Below, piece after piece: positions 24,915 through 36,330 of a DNA stretch of 64,000 nt; within the stretch, counting starts at the first letter, position 1, and each line of letters starts with the position of its first letter. Location of the stretch: NCBI RefSeq assembly GCF_006345805.1, contig NC_043003.1:95294001-95358000 (forward strand). The letters run 5' to 3'. Below the pieces are notes generated by a model. It searched no databases, had not been told where the DNA came from, and saw only the letters and a program-made list of their open reading frames with translations. Position numbers and translations under genes: made by a program. The DNA is from Octopus sinensis. Lineage: Eukaryota.

Positions 24915-25100
24915 TACAGCTGAAATTTACAGAAAAACCAAAAGAGGAAGACAGATATATGAACACCAAGCGAATGTATTAGTTTGACGCTCGGGAAAAT
25001 GAATAAGTCTTTTACATTTCGAGCCAACGATCTTCAGCAGAAAGAAATAAGAGAAAATAAACAGAGACAGAATGAAAAAAACTTGTAGATTTCAGCGGTC
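24915..25100 (-). mobile_element. PLE pseudo-LTR-like cassette with degenerate minimal hammerhead (about 25005-25045)
   Basis: Minus strand TCTTTCTG-CTGAAGA-TCGTTGGCTC-GAAA-TGTA-AAAGA. Core intact but position 10.1 is T. Abuts (TA)n. Confidence 0.55.
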
Positions 25101-25244
25101 CCACATAGAGAGAATGGGATGGAGAGAGGGAGTGAGATAGGGAGAGGCAGACAAATAGAGATATGTGTATATGGATAATTAAAATAGATGTACACACACA
25201 CACATACATACATCCATACACATGGGTAAATGTGTGCGTGCGCG

Positions 25245-25275
<31 letters not shown>

Positions 25276-25544
25276 CTCACATTCCTTTACGTTAGGAGAT
25301 GAAATATGGCAATGATCAACTTTACCCTTTTTTCACTTCCTGGTCGATTAAAACAAGTAGCATTTGTATAATGGGATCGGCTAAATTCATTGTATTTCCT
25401 CACCTCGATATGCGTAGTTATGTGTCACATCACTGTATATATTAAAGGCCTTTAGAATCCGTTATTGCCGTATTTTTGGTCGTAACCTTTGTTGTTGTTT
25501 ATTTATTTGATGTTTAGATAATTCCGTGGTACAGTAGCAAAAGT

Positions 25545-25797
25545 AAAGTTCCTTCTTGAGTCATACTGACTCATAAGAGCCAGTTTCCTGGTTTGCATGG
25601 CGCATATATTTCCCACCTAGACGGGACACCCACCCATAACAGGAATACTTCTTTTTTGCTAGCTGAGTGAACTGGAACAGCGTAAAATGAAGGGTTTTAA
25701 TCAGGAACACAACACGCCGCCCAGTCCAGGAATCGAAACCGCAATCTTACGATCATCAGTCCAACACTCCTAATAACTAAGCTACGTGCCACCACAC
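25545..25797 (-). mobile_element. tRNA-derived SINE (C-like head, different tail)
   Basis: Reverse head GGTTTCGATTCCTGGACTGGGCGG; CAGTTCACTCAGCT core. Confidence 0.7.
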
Positions 25798-26373
25798 TGT
25801 GGTACAGTCTTTGTTGTTAATATTGCTTGCTCATTATTTCTGTAGCCGAATACCACCATGCCTTGAGCAGCAGTTTAATAGAATAAAGTGGTTTCAATGA
25901 ACCGGAATACGAAAAGAATGGCGTTGTTGTAGTTGTTGTTACTAGTGTTGTCGTTGTTGCTGCTACTGCTCCTGCTATTTATTAATCACTGGCCCTCTAT
26001 TTATGGCTTACCTGTTTTATTTATTTATTTATCTATTTATTTATCTATTTCAATTTTACTTCTATATATTATATCTCAGGCTGAACGATCCAATATTTGC
26101 TTTCATTATTTCCTAATTGAGTAAAGTATGATATGATGGAGATTTAGCAGCTATTTCTCTTTTAATCAGGTGATCACACGGTGTTTCTCACGCCATTTCA
26201 GTGAAGAATGTCTTGTGCGTAGGAGGGAGCAAATGTCGGAAGCGGACACATTGTAAAACAAAATAAACAAAAAGATATTTTTTTCTCAAGAACATTGTAA
26301 TAACGGGTCAAAGAACTCTGATGTGGGTTACAAAATAACGAGATTAAAATAAGTCATGACAATACGTTATGTC

Positions 26374-26415
<42 letters not shown>

Positions 26416-26421
<6 letters not shown>

Positions 26422-26520
26422 GTTGTCAGATAAATTCGTTCGGTTTTTCTTCTGTTTATTTTCATCATTATTTTTCAGCAACAATTTTAGCAAATCAGTC
26501 ATTAATATATTTTCCTTCAT
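26416..26520 (-). mobile_element. Mariner 3' terminus
   Basis: EGKYIND* followed by a TIR-like end AATTTATCTGACAACCCAATA at a TA. Confidence 0.55.
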
Positions 26521-26830
26521 AAGGCGGTGAGCTGCCAGAAACGTTAGCACGCTGGGCGAGGTGCGTAGCGGTATTTCATCTGCCGTTACGTTCTGAGTTC
26601 AAATTCTGCCGAGGTCGACTTTGCCTTTCATCCTTTAGGGGTCGATTGAATAAGTACCAGTTATGCACTGGGGTCGATATAATCGACTTAATCCGTTTGT
26701 CTGTCCTTGTTTGTCATCTCTGTGTTTAGCCCCTTGTGGGTAGTAAAAAAAAAAAGGTATTTCGTCTGCCGTTACGTTCTGAGTTCAAATTCCGCCGGGG
26801 TCGACTTTGCCTTTCATCCTTTCGGGGTGT
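26521..26830 (+). mobile_element. SINE A plus truncated second unit
   Basis: Consensus match with recurrent tail-to-GGTATTTCG junction. Confidence 0.9.
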
Positions 26831-26984
26831 GGGAGGAACAGGATTTCATAGGAACTCTAGTTGCTAACCGTAAGGTATACAGAAACTTTCAGTTTATCCA
26901 ATTTCTTCGTAACTTCGATATGGGAACAAGTGTGTAACCTTCGATGTCAATAAATTGTTAAACCTGCATATGTACACATATATA

Positions 26985-27300
26985 GTGTAAAATGGCCCAA
27001 GGGGACGAATTCTCTATGCCTAATACCACATTTCCGGGGGTTGATGCTCGTAGTAGATCTTCCAGATTGCTCATCGTCTTCCAGGGACGTTCTTCCGCTT
27101 TTGAAGTGCATGTGCCACTCGCAGCGTTGCGTACGACCCATTGCCTTGTCGCTGTAAGCTTGCCAAAGCATTTTCGAGGTTTCTGTAGCAGACTTCCCAA
27201 GTTTAACGCAAAAGTTCACATTGGCTCTTTGTTCCTGTCCATGTCAAAATCACAGACTGTATCATTTACGTGATCACAAAAATACAGATTTCACAACTTG
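26985..27300 (-). mobile_element. Deleted mariner, same family as 5040-5895
   Basis: MNFCVKLGKSATETSKMLWQAYSDKAMGRTQRCEWHMHFKSGRTSLEDDEQSGRS. Confidence 0.85.
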
Positions 27301-27759
27301 AAGAAGTGTTCATGCACCTAAACATACTTTTAAGAAGTTTAAGTAAATGGATTACAAGAACTACTAAAATTAGAATTAGAACTAAGTAAACTCTAAGAAG
27401 AAATAACGAACTTGAAATAAATGTAAACCCCTATAAAAAAAATATAGAGAATTTTAAATGAGTTGAAATCGAAGTTTAAGTCGAATAAAATTAACTATAA
27501 GCAAGATATTAAATTAATTTCAACATAACAAGAAAATTATAGACCCATAGATTAATAGTTATATAAACAATAACAAACCAAACAAAAAGTAATTGAATAC
27601 CTTTAAAAAAATAAGAATACTATTCTAAATTAGTAGAATGGTTAATTAGAATGTAAATTAGGAACATACAGGAACATTGATCTACTTTAAGACCAAACAG
27701 CAATAAGTACCAAACAAGTCGAAGCAAACTACAGGTCACGGGATATATGACTATTTATA

Positions 27760-27925
27760 TATTTCTTTACTACCCACACGGGGTTAAACACAGAGGGGAC
27801 AAACAAGGACAGACAAAAGGATTAAGTCGATTACATCGACCCCAGTGCGTAACTGGTACTTAATTTATCGACCCCGAAAAGATGAAAGGCAAAGTCGACC
27901 TCGGCGGAATTTGAACTCGGAACTC
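27760..27925 (-). mobile_element. SINE family A
   Basis: Reverse consensus. Confidence 0.85.
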
Positions 27926-28399
27926 GGAACAGACTATGACTATTTATAGTAATTCTAGCCTAATATAGGGATAATATTTGGTCATGGTTTCTTCAGATGA
28001 TATCCGAACAGCAGCAATAAACGACCCTGATGAAGTTGCACCGATTATTAACACGAAGATGCACACTTAACAGTGTGCAGCGGCTTGCAGCGGAAACGTG
28101 CATAGATCTAAATGAACAACGATGTAAATAATTGTATAACAAAACTTGGATGTGCAAATATCCGTTCTCCTGATCTTCATTAATTTCATTATCTGCTCAA
28201 GGGAAACTATGCAGTCCTTATAAGGCCATTCGAATTTATCACGTGAAGATTAACCAAGTATAATAAATTTTAACTAACTTGAATTTCATCAACACTCACC
28301 GTGGTTAACTGGCATTGCGAACCGATAAGAGCTAAACCGGTAACCGCCAGGATTATAGTGGTTCATTCTGTAAATGATGCATTTTTTCTCAATTGCATG

Positions 28400-29625
28400 A
28401 ACTAAAAGTCGGAGGGGGACGGGATAAACTAACTGCATCAATTTGTTATAAAAGCAGGTAATAATGTTACCATGTCTTTATTCGTAGTGTAAGTTTTGAA
28501 GAGTACAGTTCAATTTTAACAGTTATTTTTCAAAACTATAATGGAAATGACAAAGGATCATATTCAACATATTTTGCTTTATGAGTTCAATAAAGGCAAC
28601 AACACAACGGAAAGTGTGAGGAATATTAATGCAGTATATGGGGATCAGACAATAAGCATGAGCCAGTGTCAACTGTGGTTCCAGAAATTCCGAGTCGGAA
28701 ATTACAGTCTAGAAGATGGTCCTCGATCTGGAAGATCTGTAGAGCTCAACGAGGACGTCCCGAAAACCCTGGTAGAACAAAATCCCATTGTAACTGTTGA
28801 AGAACTAGCAGAGAAGTTTGTATTTGGTCATTCAACCATTCATCGACACCTGCGTACCATCGGAAAAGTCAGCAAATTGAGTCAATGGGTTCCTCTCAAA
28901 ATTTCTGTGTCTAATCGCGCACAGAGAGTGAATGTGTGCTCTTCTTTGCTGTCACGCCTCACGAATGCACCATTTTTGGACCGAATAGAGACTGGTGACG
29001 AGAAATGAGTTCTCTGTAAAAATATCAAGCGCCGAAGACAGTGGGTTGAGAAAGGAGAAACACCCCAGGCTAAAGAAGGTCTTCACCCACGTAAGGTGTT
29101 GTTATCTGTTTGGTAGGATATGAAAGATTTAGTCCATTTTTTAACTTTTAAACCCAAACGAAACGATAGCAAAGGAGATCTACTGCGAGCAGCTTCAGCG
29201 GCTTAAGTCAGTACTAGAAGAAAATGGATCATCTTTGGTTTCAAGACGAAAGGTGTTCTTCCATCAGGAAAATGCTTGGTCGCATACAACGAGGCTGATA
29301 TTCCAAAGGCTGGAACACTTTGAATGGGAAACGATGCCCCACCCTCCATATTCGCTGGACATTGTGATTATTATTTATTCCGCAGATTTCAAAATCATTT
29401 GAACGAAAAAAATATGAAGACGAGGTCAGAACAGTATTGCAGAAGTATTTTTCGTTACGGACAAGTGAATTTTGGAAGAGAGGCTTTAGTCTACCAGATA
29501 GTTGGAAGAGCATTGTAGTAGAAAATGAAGGAGAGTATATTTTAGATTTAAAAAGAACTTTGAATATCTTAATTTTGAAAAATAAAAGAAGTGTAAAAAA
29601 TATTTTTTACGCATTATTTATATCC
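28400..29625 (+). pseudogene. Mariner (Hsmar1/cecropia-like) transposase pseudogene, ATG 28541
   Basis: ILLYEFNKGNNTTESVRNINAVYG, WFQKFRVGNYSLED.PRSGR, WVP, FLDRIETGDEK*, LHPRKVLLSVW*D, DYYLFR.FQN.L, ENEGEYILD. Stops and frameshifts; TIRs not resolved. Confidence 0.9.
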
Positions 29626-29651
29626 CTCGAAACCATTTTTGGAAATATATA

Positions 29652-30939
29652 CGAGGGGCGTTCAATAAGTAATGCCCCTGACCCACTTCCCATTGCAGTA
29701 GAGCAACGAAACTTGGCACAGTTATTAGTCTTTTTCTGCATAGGAATCATCCAGAGTTACACATTTCTCCCATCGTTTGATGCAGCTCTGGAGACCGTTT
29801 TTGTAGAAGACCCTGGCTTAGTCCTCCAACCACGACGTGACTTCAGAAATCAAGGCTGCATCATCGTGGAAACGCTTTCCTTTCAAAAACAACTTCATGG
29901 CTGGGAAGAGGTGAAAATCAGAGAGTGCAAGGTCAGTAGAGTAGGGGGGATGGGGGAGGAGTTCATAGCTGCACGCCTGTGCTTCTGATCTGGCGACACG
30001 CGAGTCGTGGACCGGGGCGTTGTCCTGCAGGAGGAGGATGCCTTTGCTGATCTTGCCCCGCCTCTTAATTTTGATAGCTTCTCTTAATTTCCTCAATAGT
30101 GAAGCATAATAGGCTCCTGTAATTGTGGTACCCTTTGCCAGGAAATCTGTCATCACTACTCCGTCCTGGCCCCAGAAGACTGTGAGCATGACCTTGCCTT
30201 CTTTGCACCCTTGCCTTCTTTGGAGGAGGTGAGTCACGGTGCTTCCACTGCATTGACTGGGCTTTGGTCTCTGGATCATAGTGATGGACTCAGGTTTCAT
30301 CCTATGTAATCAGTCTTTTGAAAAATTTTGACTCATCTTCTTGGCACATCTCCAAATTCATCCTCGAGCACTCGACGCGTTCTTGCTTCTGGAAAGGTGT
30401 GAGCAACCTGGGAATCCATCTGGCAGACACCTTTTGCATATGCAAATGGTCATGAATGATAGTTTCCACAGACCCGGTACTAATCTTGACCTCATGGGCT
30501 ATTTGGCGAATAGTTATGCGTCGATCTTCCTAAATGGCAGCCTCAACTTGACGGACAGATGCCTCATCAATGGCAGAAGGGGGGCGACCAGATCTGGGAG
30601 CTATTTCCACAGAGTTCCGACCATGTTTGAATTCACGATGCCAGCGTTTTACAAGGTCATATGATGGGGCATCATCACCATAAGTTACTTTCATTTCATC
30701 AAAAGTCTCCCGTGGTGTGCGTCCTTTCAAATACAAAAACCGGATCACTACTCGACACTCGACAGGCTCCATTTCACACTTGACTCAGTTCAAACACCTG
30801 TAAATCAGAAACCACAATTAGTTCAGAGCTGTAATTTGCCACTTAATCTATAGAGATATCAATAATTGCACATGCAAAATTTCAGCTAGATCAAACAACA
30901 TCAAGTGGGTCAGTGGCATTACTTATTGAACGTCCCTCG
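29652..30939 (-). mobile_element. Full-length mariner (irritans-like), 1288 bp, TA TSD; transposase 30772 to 29725 frameshifted
   Basis: TIRs CGAGGGGCGTTCAATAAGTAATGCC / GGCATTACTTATTGAACGTCCCTCG. MEPVECRVVIRFLYLKG, LLQDNAPVH, HPPYSTDLALSDFHLF, RWEKCV. Confidence 0.95.
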
Positions 30940-30966
30940 TATATATATATATATATACATATATAT

Positions 30967-30999
<33 letters not shown>

Positions 31000-31081
31000 C
31001 ACACACATACGTACTCACACACACACAGAAATATGTATGCGCGTATAACGTAGGTACATATGTCCTTACATATAAGCATGC

Positions 31082-31122
<41 letters not shown>

Positions 31123-31125
<3 letters not shown>

Positions 31126-31453
31126 AGATGTACTTGCATAGCAAGTGATTTTATCTGATATCGTGTGCTGGAACGAAAACAATTGCAGCGTGGAAGGTGT
31201 TTGTAAGCCATTTAAGAAACACACAAAAGCCGTTCGATTCACTTCAACATTTAAGTTTATTTTGTCAAAATATTTCGTCGCTATAAGACCGCAACCTGTT
31301 CACTGACAAAAATCCGTGCTGGATTTTTGTCAGTGAACAGGTTGCGGTCTTATAGCGACGAAAATATTTTGACAAAATAAACTTAAATGTTGAAGTGAAT
31401 CGAACGGCTTTTGTGTGTTTCTTAAATGGCTTACAAACACCTTCCACGCTGCA

Positions 31454-31458
<5 letters not shown>
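31123..31458. mobile_element. Foldback cassette in (TA)n: 137-bp inverted arms (31179-31315 / 31321-31458), 5-nt loop
   Basis: Arms are reverse complements apart from one T indel. (TA)n on both sides. Confidence 0.9.
31325..31377 (+). ncRNA. Variant type I hammerhead ribozyme (G3:C8), mirrored on minus strand at 31260-31311
   Basis: TTTTGTCA-GTGAACA-G-GTTGC(GGTCTTATA)GCGAC-GAA-AATATT-T-TGACAAAA. 8-bp stem I, core with reciprocal C3G/G8C, 5-bp stem II, palindromic stem III, followed by AATAAA. Confidence 0.55.
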
Positions 31459-31486
<28 letters not shown>

Positions 31487-31490
<4 letters not shown>

Positions 31491-31890
31491 GAGTGGCTGT
31501 AGCTTGCTAACCAACCACATGGTTCCGGGTTCAGTCCCACTGCGTGGCATCTTGGGCAAGTATCTTCTGCTATAGCCCCGGGCCGACCAATACCTTGTGA
31601 GTGGATTTGGTAGACGGAAACTGAAAGAAGCCTGTCGTATATATGTATATATATATATATATGTGTATGTGTGTATGTTTGTGTGTGTGTGTTTGTCCCC
31701 CTAGCATTGCTTGACAACCGATGCTGGTGTGTTTACGTCCCCATCACTTAGCGGTTCGGCAAAAGAGACCGATAGAATAAGTACTGGGCTTACAAAGAAT
31801 AAGTCCCGGGATCGATTTGCTCGACTAAAGGCGGTGCTCCAGCATGGCCGCAGTCAAATGACTGAAACAAGTAATAGAGTAAAAGAGTAA
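31487..31890 (+). mobile_element. SINE family B, full length
   Basis: Full composite consensus. Confidence 0.9.
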
Positions 31891-32581
31891 AGAGTATATA
31901 TATATATATATATATATATATGTAACGTGTTTTATATATGTATATGAGTGTGTGTGTGTGTGTGTGTGTGTGTTTGATCTTAGATTTATGTGTGTATTCA
32001 TGCGTATATGTAAACTTAGATATTTGCGGATGTACCATGAATGTATTTATGTGAATATTTATACGTATCTCTGACTGGGTTTGTGGGTTGGAGTATGTTT
32101 CGAGTGGGAGGATTGAGCATGGTGTCGGTTCTGAAGGCAAATCAGATGAAATAAAGAAAAAGGAATTGGGCTTTCACAAAAGAGATAGGTATGTCGTGGG
32201 AAAGTTGTTAATCTATAATTGCTATACTCAGTTACACACACACACACGCACACACACGCACACACACACTCACGCGCATGCACACACATGTATGTATAAT
32301 CTAACTTATTTCTCTTTTGTCCAACATTTTAGGCTATCTCACATAGTTGTTGTATTTACACAATATGTAGCAACATCAGGCACACGACCTCGCACACACA
32401 CTCGCATACACCCCCGCATACACACACATACACACACATACACTCTCTCTCTCTCTCTCTCACGCACACACGCCCACATGCACACACAGACATACGAACA
32501 CAGAAATCATTTAAAATAGCCATCTGTGTATGATACTCAATGTATATATTCCGATGGCAGTCTATTTACTGCGGTTTTTAG

Positions 32582-32646
32582 GATAAAATCCCGTATGATC
32601 GTGCTGTGTTTAAAAACACAATATACATCAGAGACAGACGTAAAAG
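32582..32646 (+). CDS. Internal exon of SAM-domain gene (DKIPYDRAVFKNTIYIRDRRK)
   Basis: Acceptor GGTTTTTAG|, donor AG|GTATAT, 65 nt. Phase 0 in and phase 2 out, matching the phase-2 start of the exon at 35091. Confidence 0.5.
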
Positions 32647-32967
32647 GTATATATTCTATATTTTTGCTGGCCCTAAAGAATGTATGTTGTTATTGATGAA
32701 ATGACGGCGACCCTTACCTACGTCTTCAGTATTGTCCATCCTCCGTCATCACAGATATAGAAACACAAAATTCAGTTTATGCTTAATTGTTGATTACAAA
32801 TTGGCTTAGAAAAAGTTAAATAAGGATTCTGGTATTTCTGAGAACGAACCGAAGCATCGGATTGCTTGAATATTGGTCATTACGTATAGAATTAAACACT
32901 TAAGGAGCACAACTTTCAGAAATGATAAGCAAATGTAAAATAGAGCATTTAATATTAGTGATATTAG

Positions 32968-33330
32968 AGGGCAGCGAGCTGGCAGAAACGTTAGCACGCC
33001 GGGCGAAATGTTTAGCGGTATTTCGTCTGCTGTTACGTTCTGACTTCAAATTCCGCTGAGGTCGACTTTGCCTTTCATTCTTTCGGTGTCGATAAATTAA
33101 GTACCAGTTACACACTGGGGTCGATATAATCGACTTAATCCGTTTGTCTGTCCTTGTTTGTCCTTTCTATGTTTAGCCCCTTGTGGGTAGTAAAGAAATA
33201 GGTATTTCGTCTGCCGCTACGTTCTGTGTTCAAATTCCGCCGAGGTCGACTTTGCCTTTCATATTAAGTGGCGTACTGGGGTCGATCTAATCGAGTGGCC
33301 TCCTCCTCTAAAATTTCAGGCATTGTGCCT
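32968..33330 (+). mobile_element. SINE A plus truncated second unit
   Basis: Consensus match. Confidence 0.9.
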
Positions 33331-33594
33331 AGAGAAGAAAAGTATATTAGTGATATTAGTAAATATTTCGTAGATCTAATGAGAACACTGCACTCACACA
33401 CATATACAAACACATGTGTCTATGTTCATATATGTGTGTTTATGTATGTGTGTGTTAGAGAGAAAGAGAGGGAGAGAGATATTGAGAGTATGTGTGAGTG
33501 TGTGTATGTGTGTGTATGTGTACGTATATATGTATGTGTATATATACGTATATATTGATGGCCGTATGTTTATACGTATATATATATATATATA

Positions 33595-33985
33595 TTCTTT
33601 TACTTGTTTCAGTCAGCTGACTTCGGCCATGCTGGAGTACCACCTTTTTTACTCGAGCAAATCGAGTCCAGGACTTATTCTTTGTAAGCCTAGTACTTAT
33701 TATATCGGTCTCTTTTTGCCGAACCGTTAAGTTATGGGAACGTAAATAAACTAACATCGGTTTTCAAGTGATGTTGGGGGGAGAAAGCACACACACACAT
33801 ATGTATGTCTATATATATATATATATATATATAAAACGGGCTTCTTTCAGTTTCCGTCTACCAAATTCACTCACAAGGCTTTGATAGGCCCGAGGCTATA
33901 CTAGAAGACACTTGCCCAAGGTGCGACGAAGTGGGACTGAACCCGGAACCATGTCGTTGGTAAGCAAGCTACTTACCCCACACCC
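33595..33985 (-). mobile_element. SINE family B
   Basis: Reverse consensus. Confidence 0.85.
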
Positions 33986-34322
33986 AATATATATATATAT
34001 ATATATAAGTAAATGGAGGAGATTAGATGTTAATATGGAATAAATTATTTTTTATTAATTTCGCTATCCGATCGTTTCGTACAGAAAGACAATTAATTCA
34101 TTTTAAGAATATTAGTTGTCAAAGAGTACTCATCAGTAACACAATAAGAAAGAAATAATAAAAACTAAATAAAGAAAAAAAGGGGGACTTTAGAATTACA
34201 TAGGTATGGTGTTCTTACTAATTTTTGTATTGTGTAACTCTTCTTGGCGTCATGTCTATCTAAAACACGATTCTTGAGTTGTGTCTATTTAAAACACGAC
34301 TCTTGAGTCGTGTTTTAAATAA

Positions 34323-34622
34323 CTTGGCTCTGTGATCCATTTCAATGAGTGGCCGGCCTACCGTTGCTTAAGGAATATCGGCTATCAGCCCAAAACCGTC
34401 AATCATCAAGTGAATTATGTGGACCCAACTCCAGGGGCTCATATACAAGCTATTGAGCGATCGTAGATTGATGCCAAGATTGAAATACTCAAGAAACAAA
34501 GAGGTGTATCTACTCAACATTTTCTATCACATTTGACTCATTATTGTTAGAAATTGCTCAGGAAAAACGATGATCGTTTCATTGCTCTTTTAAATGGTAT
34601 CAGATCAGTTTACAAACATTAA
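34323..34622 (+). pseudogene. Merlin (IS1595/ISXO2-like) transposase C-terminal fragment
   Basis: LGSVIHFNEWPAYRCLRNIGYQPKTVNHQVNYVDPTPGAHIQAIERS*IDAK...RGV...HL...C*K...DDRFIALLNGI. Matches the Merlin pattern IHSD.W.AY...GY.H.TVNH..NFVDP.TGAHTQ.IE..W. Confidence 0.8.
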
Positions 34623-35090
34623 AATCAACATTTGATGAATTTTTATTTTGTATTATAAGGTATTAATGATTTTTAATAAATTTTACACTATAAACCGTTT
34701 ATTTTGCTCCTTTCCTTTTGTAGAATAAATATTTAATGATTTTTAACACATTTCACATTAGATATACTATAGTAGCACCAAAAATCTTTTGGCTTACTCG
34801 TATTTTGACCGTTATTCCAAGACATATTTCAATAACTGAATGAAAAAGAGAGCTTTCGATGGCAAATTCTAAATTTTTCATTGATGTACAGGCGAAATCA
34901 TACAAGGAATAAAGTTTCACAAATAGCAAATTCAGATCTGTTTTGGACTCTACATTCTAATCCTGGTAGCAAACATTAACTTCATCAGACTATCATGACT
35001 AACCAGATATTACTACGAGAGAAATACAACAAATGACTCTATAAAACAACTAAACAGAATAAATAAATGAATAATAATTTTTGTTTGCAG

Positions 35091-35398
35091 TCTCGCTGAT
35101 TCACGTGGTGGAGGGAACAGCATCAGTGATTCACGTGGTGGAAGGTACAGCCTCAGTAATTCACGTGATGAAAGGTACAGCCTCAGTGATTCACGTGGTG
35201 GAAGGTACAGCCTCAGTAATTCACGTGATGAAAGGTACAGCCTCAGTGATTCACGTGGTGGAAGGTACAGCCTCAGTAATTCACGTGATGAAAAATACAG
35301 CCTCAGTGATTCACGTGATGGAACGTACACCAAACACAAAACAGCCTCGCATACAGGAAGAAAATCCTCAGTGAAATCTAAAGTTCAACGCCATCTTT
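35091..35398 (+). CDS. Exon encoding Ser/Arg-rich 10-aa tandem repeat
   Basis: Acceptor TTTTGTTTGCAG|, donor |GTACGT, 308 nt open in the phase-2 frame (LADSRGGGNSIS-DSRGGRYSLS-NSRDERYSLS...KSKVQRHL). Phase 1 out matches 36878. Confidence 0.65.
35098..35337 (+). repeat. 30-bp minisatellite x8 with alternating A/B units
   Basis: GATTCACGTGGTGGAAGGTACAGCCTCAGT alternates with AATTCACGTGATGAAAGGTACAGCCTCAGT; no spacers. Confidence 0.97.
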
Positions 35399-36109
35399 GT
35401 ACGTATGCGTATTCTTTTAAGACTTTATAGAACAATGCATCTTATTGAGTATTATTTGATTGAGTGAGTGAGTGAGTGAGTGAGTGAGTGAGTGAGTGAG
35501 TGAGTGAGTCTATAATCCGTTGGTTTGGTTTATTGGAACACCAATGAAACTCCAACCTCATGTAGTTTCTAGACAACACTGACCACTCCAACCTCAGACT
35601 TCTAGGTATTTTCATCATCACTCGAATTCTGCAGCATTCGATTCAGCGTGAAAGACAAAACCAAGGAATTGTACTGAGATTGACTCAAGGAATAATATTC
35701 CTTCTGAGTATGATTTTAATTTAGTGTTAAAAATCAATAAAGCAGGAAATCTTCTTTTATTAGGATGATAAATGAGGAATGTTGTTCTTTACGGCTTTCT
35801 TAAAGTAAAGACTGAAACGAAATTAGTCAAAACAGAAATTGAGATTGCTCACTGTCTCGGTCATATCAATATATCATGTTTGAGACAAGAAATACCGATT
35901 AGGTGGAAACATTTTAGTAAGCTAAAACAAACCAGCTACCTGTGTTTTATTATGAAACTGCTTCTTACCTTGTTAATGCCTTTAGTAAAAAAAGTTTTCA
36001 CTGTTAATTATAAAATAGTTGCCATTTACCGTGTCAATGTGGAGTTGAACTCTCCACAAACCTAATAGACAATGAATTATATCCTTTTACTGGGGCTATA
36101 ATATCCTAT

Positions 36110-36330
36110 CTATTATAGGCACAAGGCCTGCAATTGTGCAGGAGTGGTGTGGTGGTGGTAGTGGGGGGGCTAGTCGATTTCATCAAACCCAGTATCCATG
36201 TTATTGATCCCGAAAGATAAAAGGCGAAGTCGACTTCGGCGACATTTGAACTCAGAACGTAAAGACGGGCGAAATGCCGCTAGACATTTTTGCCTGGCGT
36301 GCTAACGATTCTGCCGGCTCACCGCCTTCA
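36110..36330 (-). mobile_element. SINE family A, diverged
   Basis: Reverse consensus. Confidence 0.8.

Noticed and set aside
28027-28065. CTGATGA...CGAAG as a hammerhead or start exon
   Set aside because: No convincing stems; exon phases do not match 32582.
32088-32188. Exon ending at AG|GTATGT (32189)
   Set aside because: No credible acceptor or ATG start, and phase 2 does not join 32582. Cannot be excluded as an alternative exon.
34892-34965. Extra exon RNHTRNKVSQIANSDLFWTLHSNP
   Set aside because: Phase 2 in and phase 1 out would break the frame before 35091; donor GTAGCA is weak.
35098-35337. 30-bp repeats as a CRISPR array
   Set aside because: Contiguous tandem units with no unique spacers, in a eukaryotic exon context.
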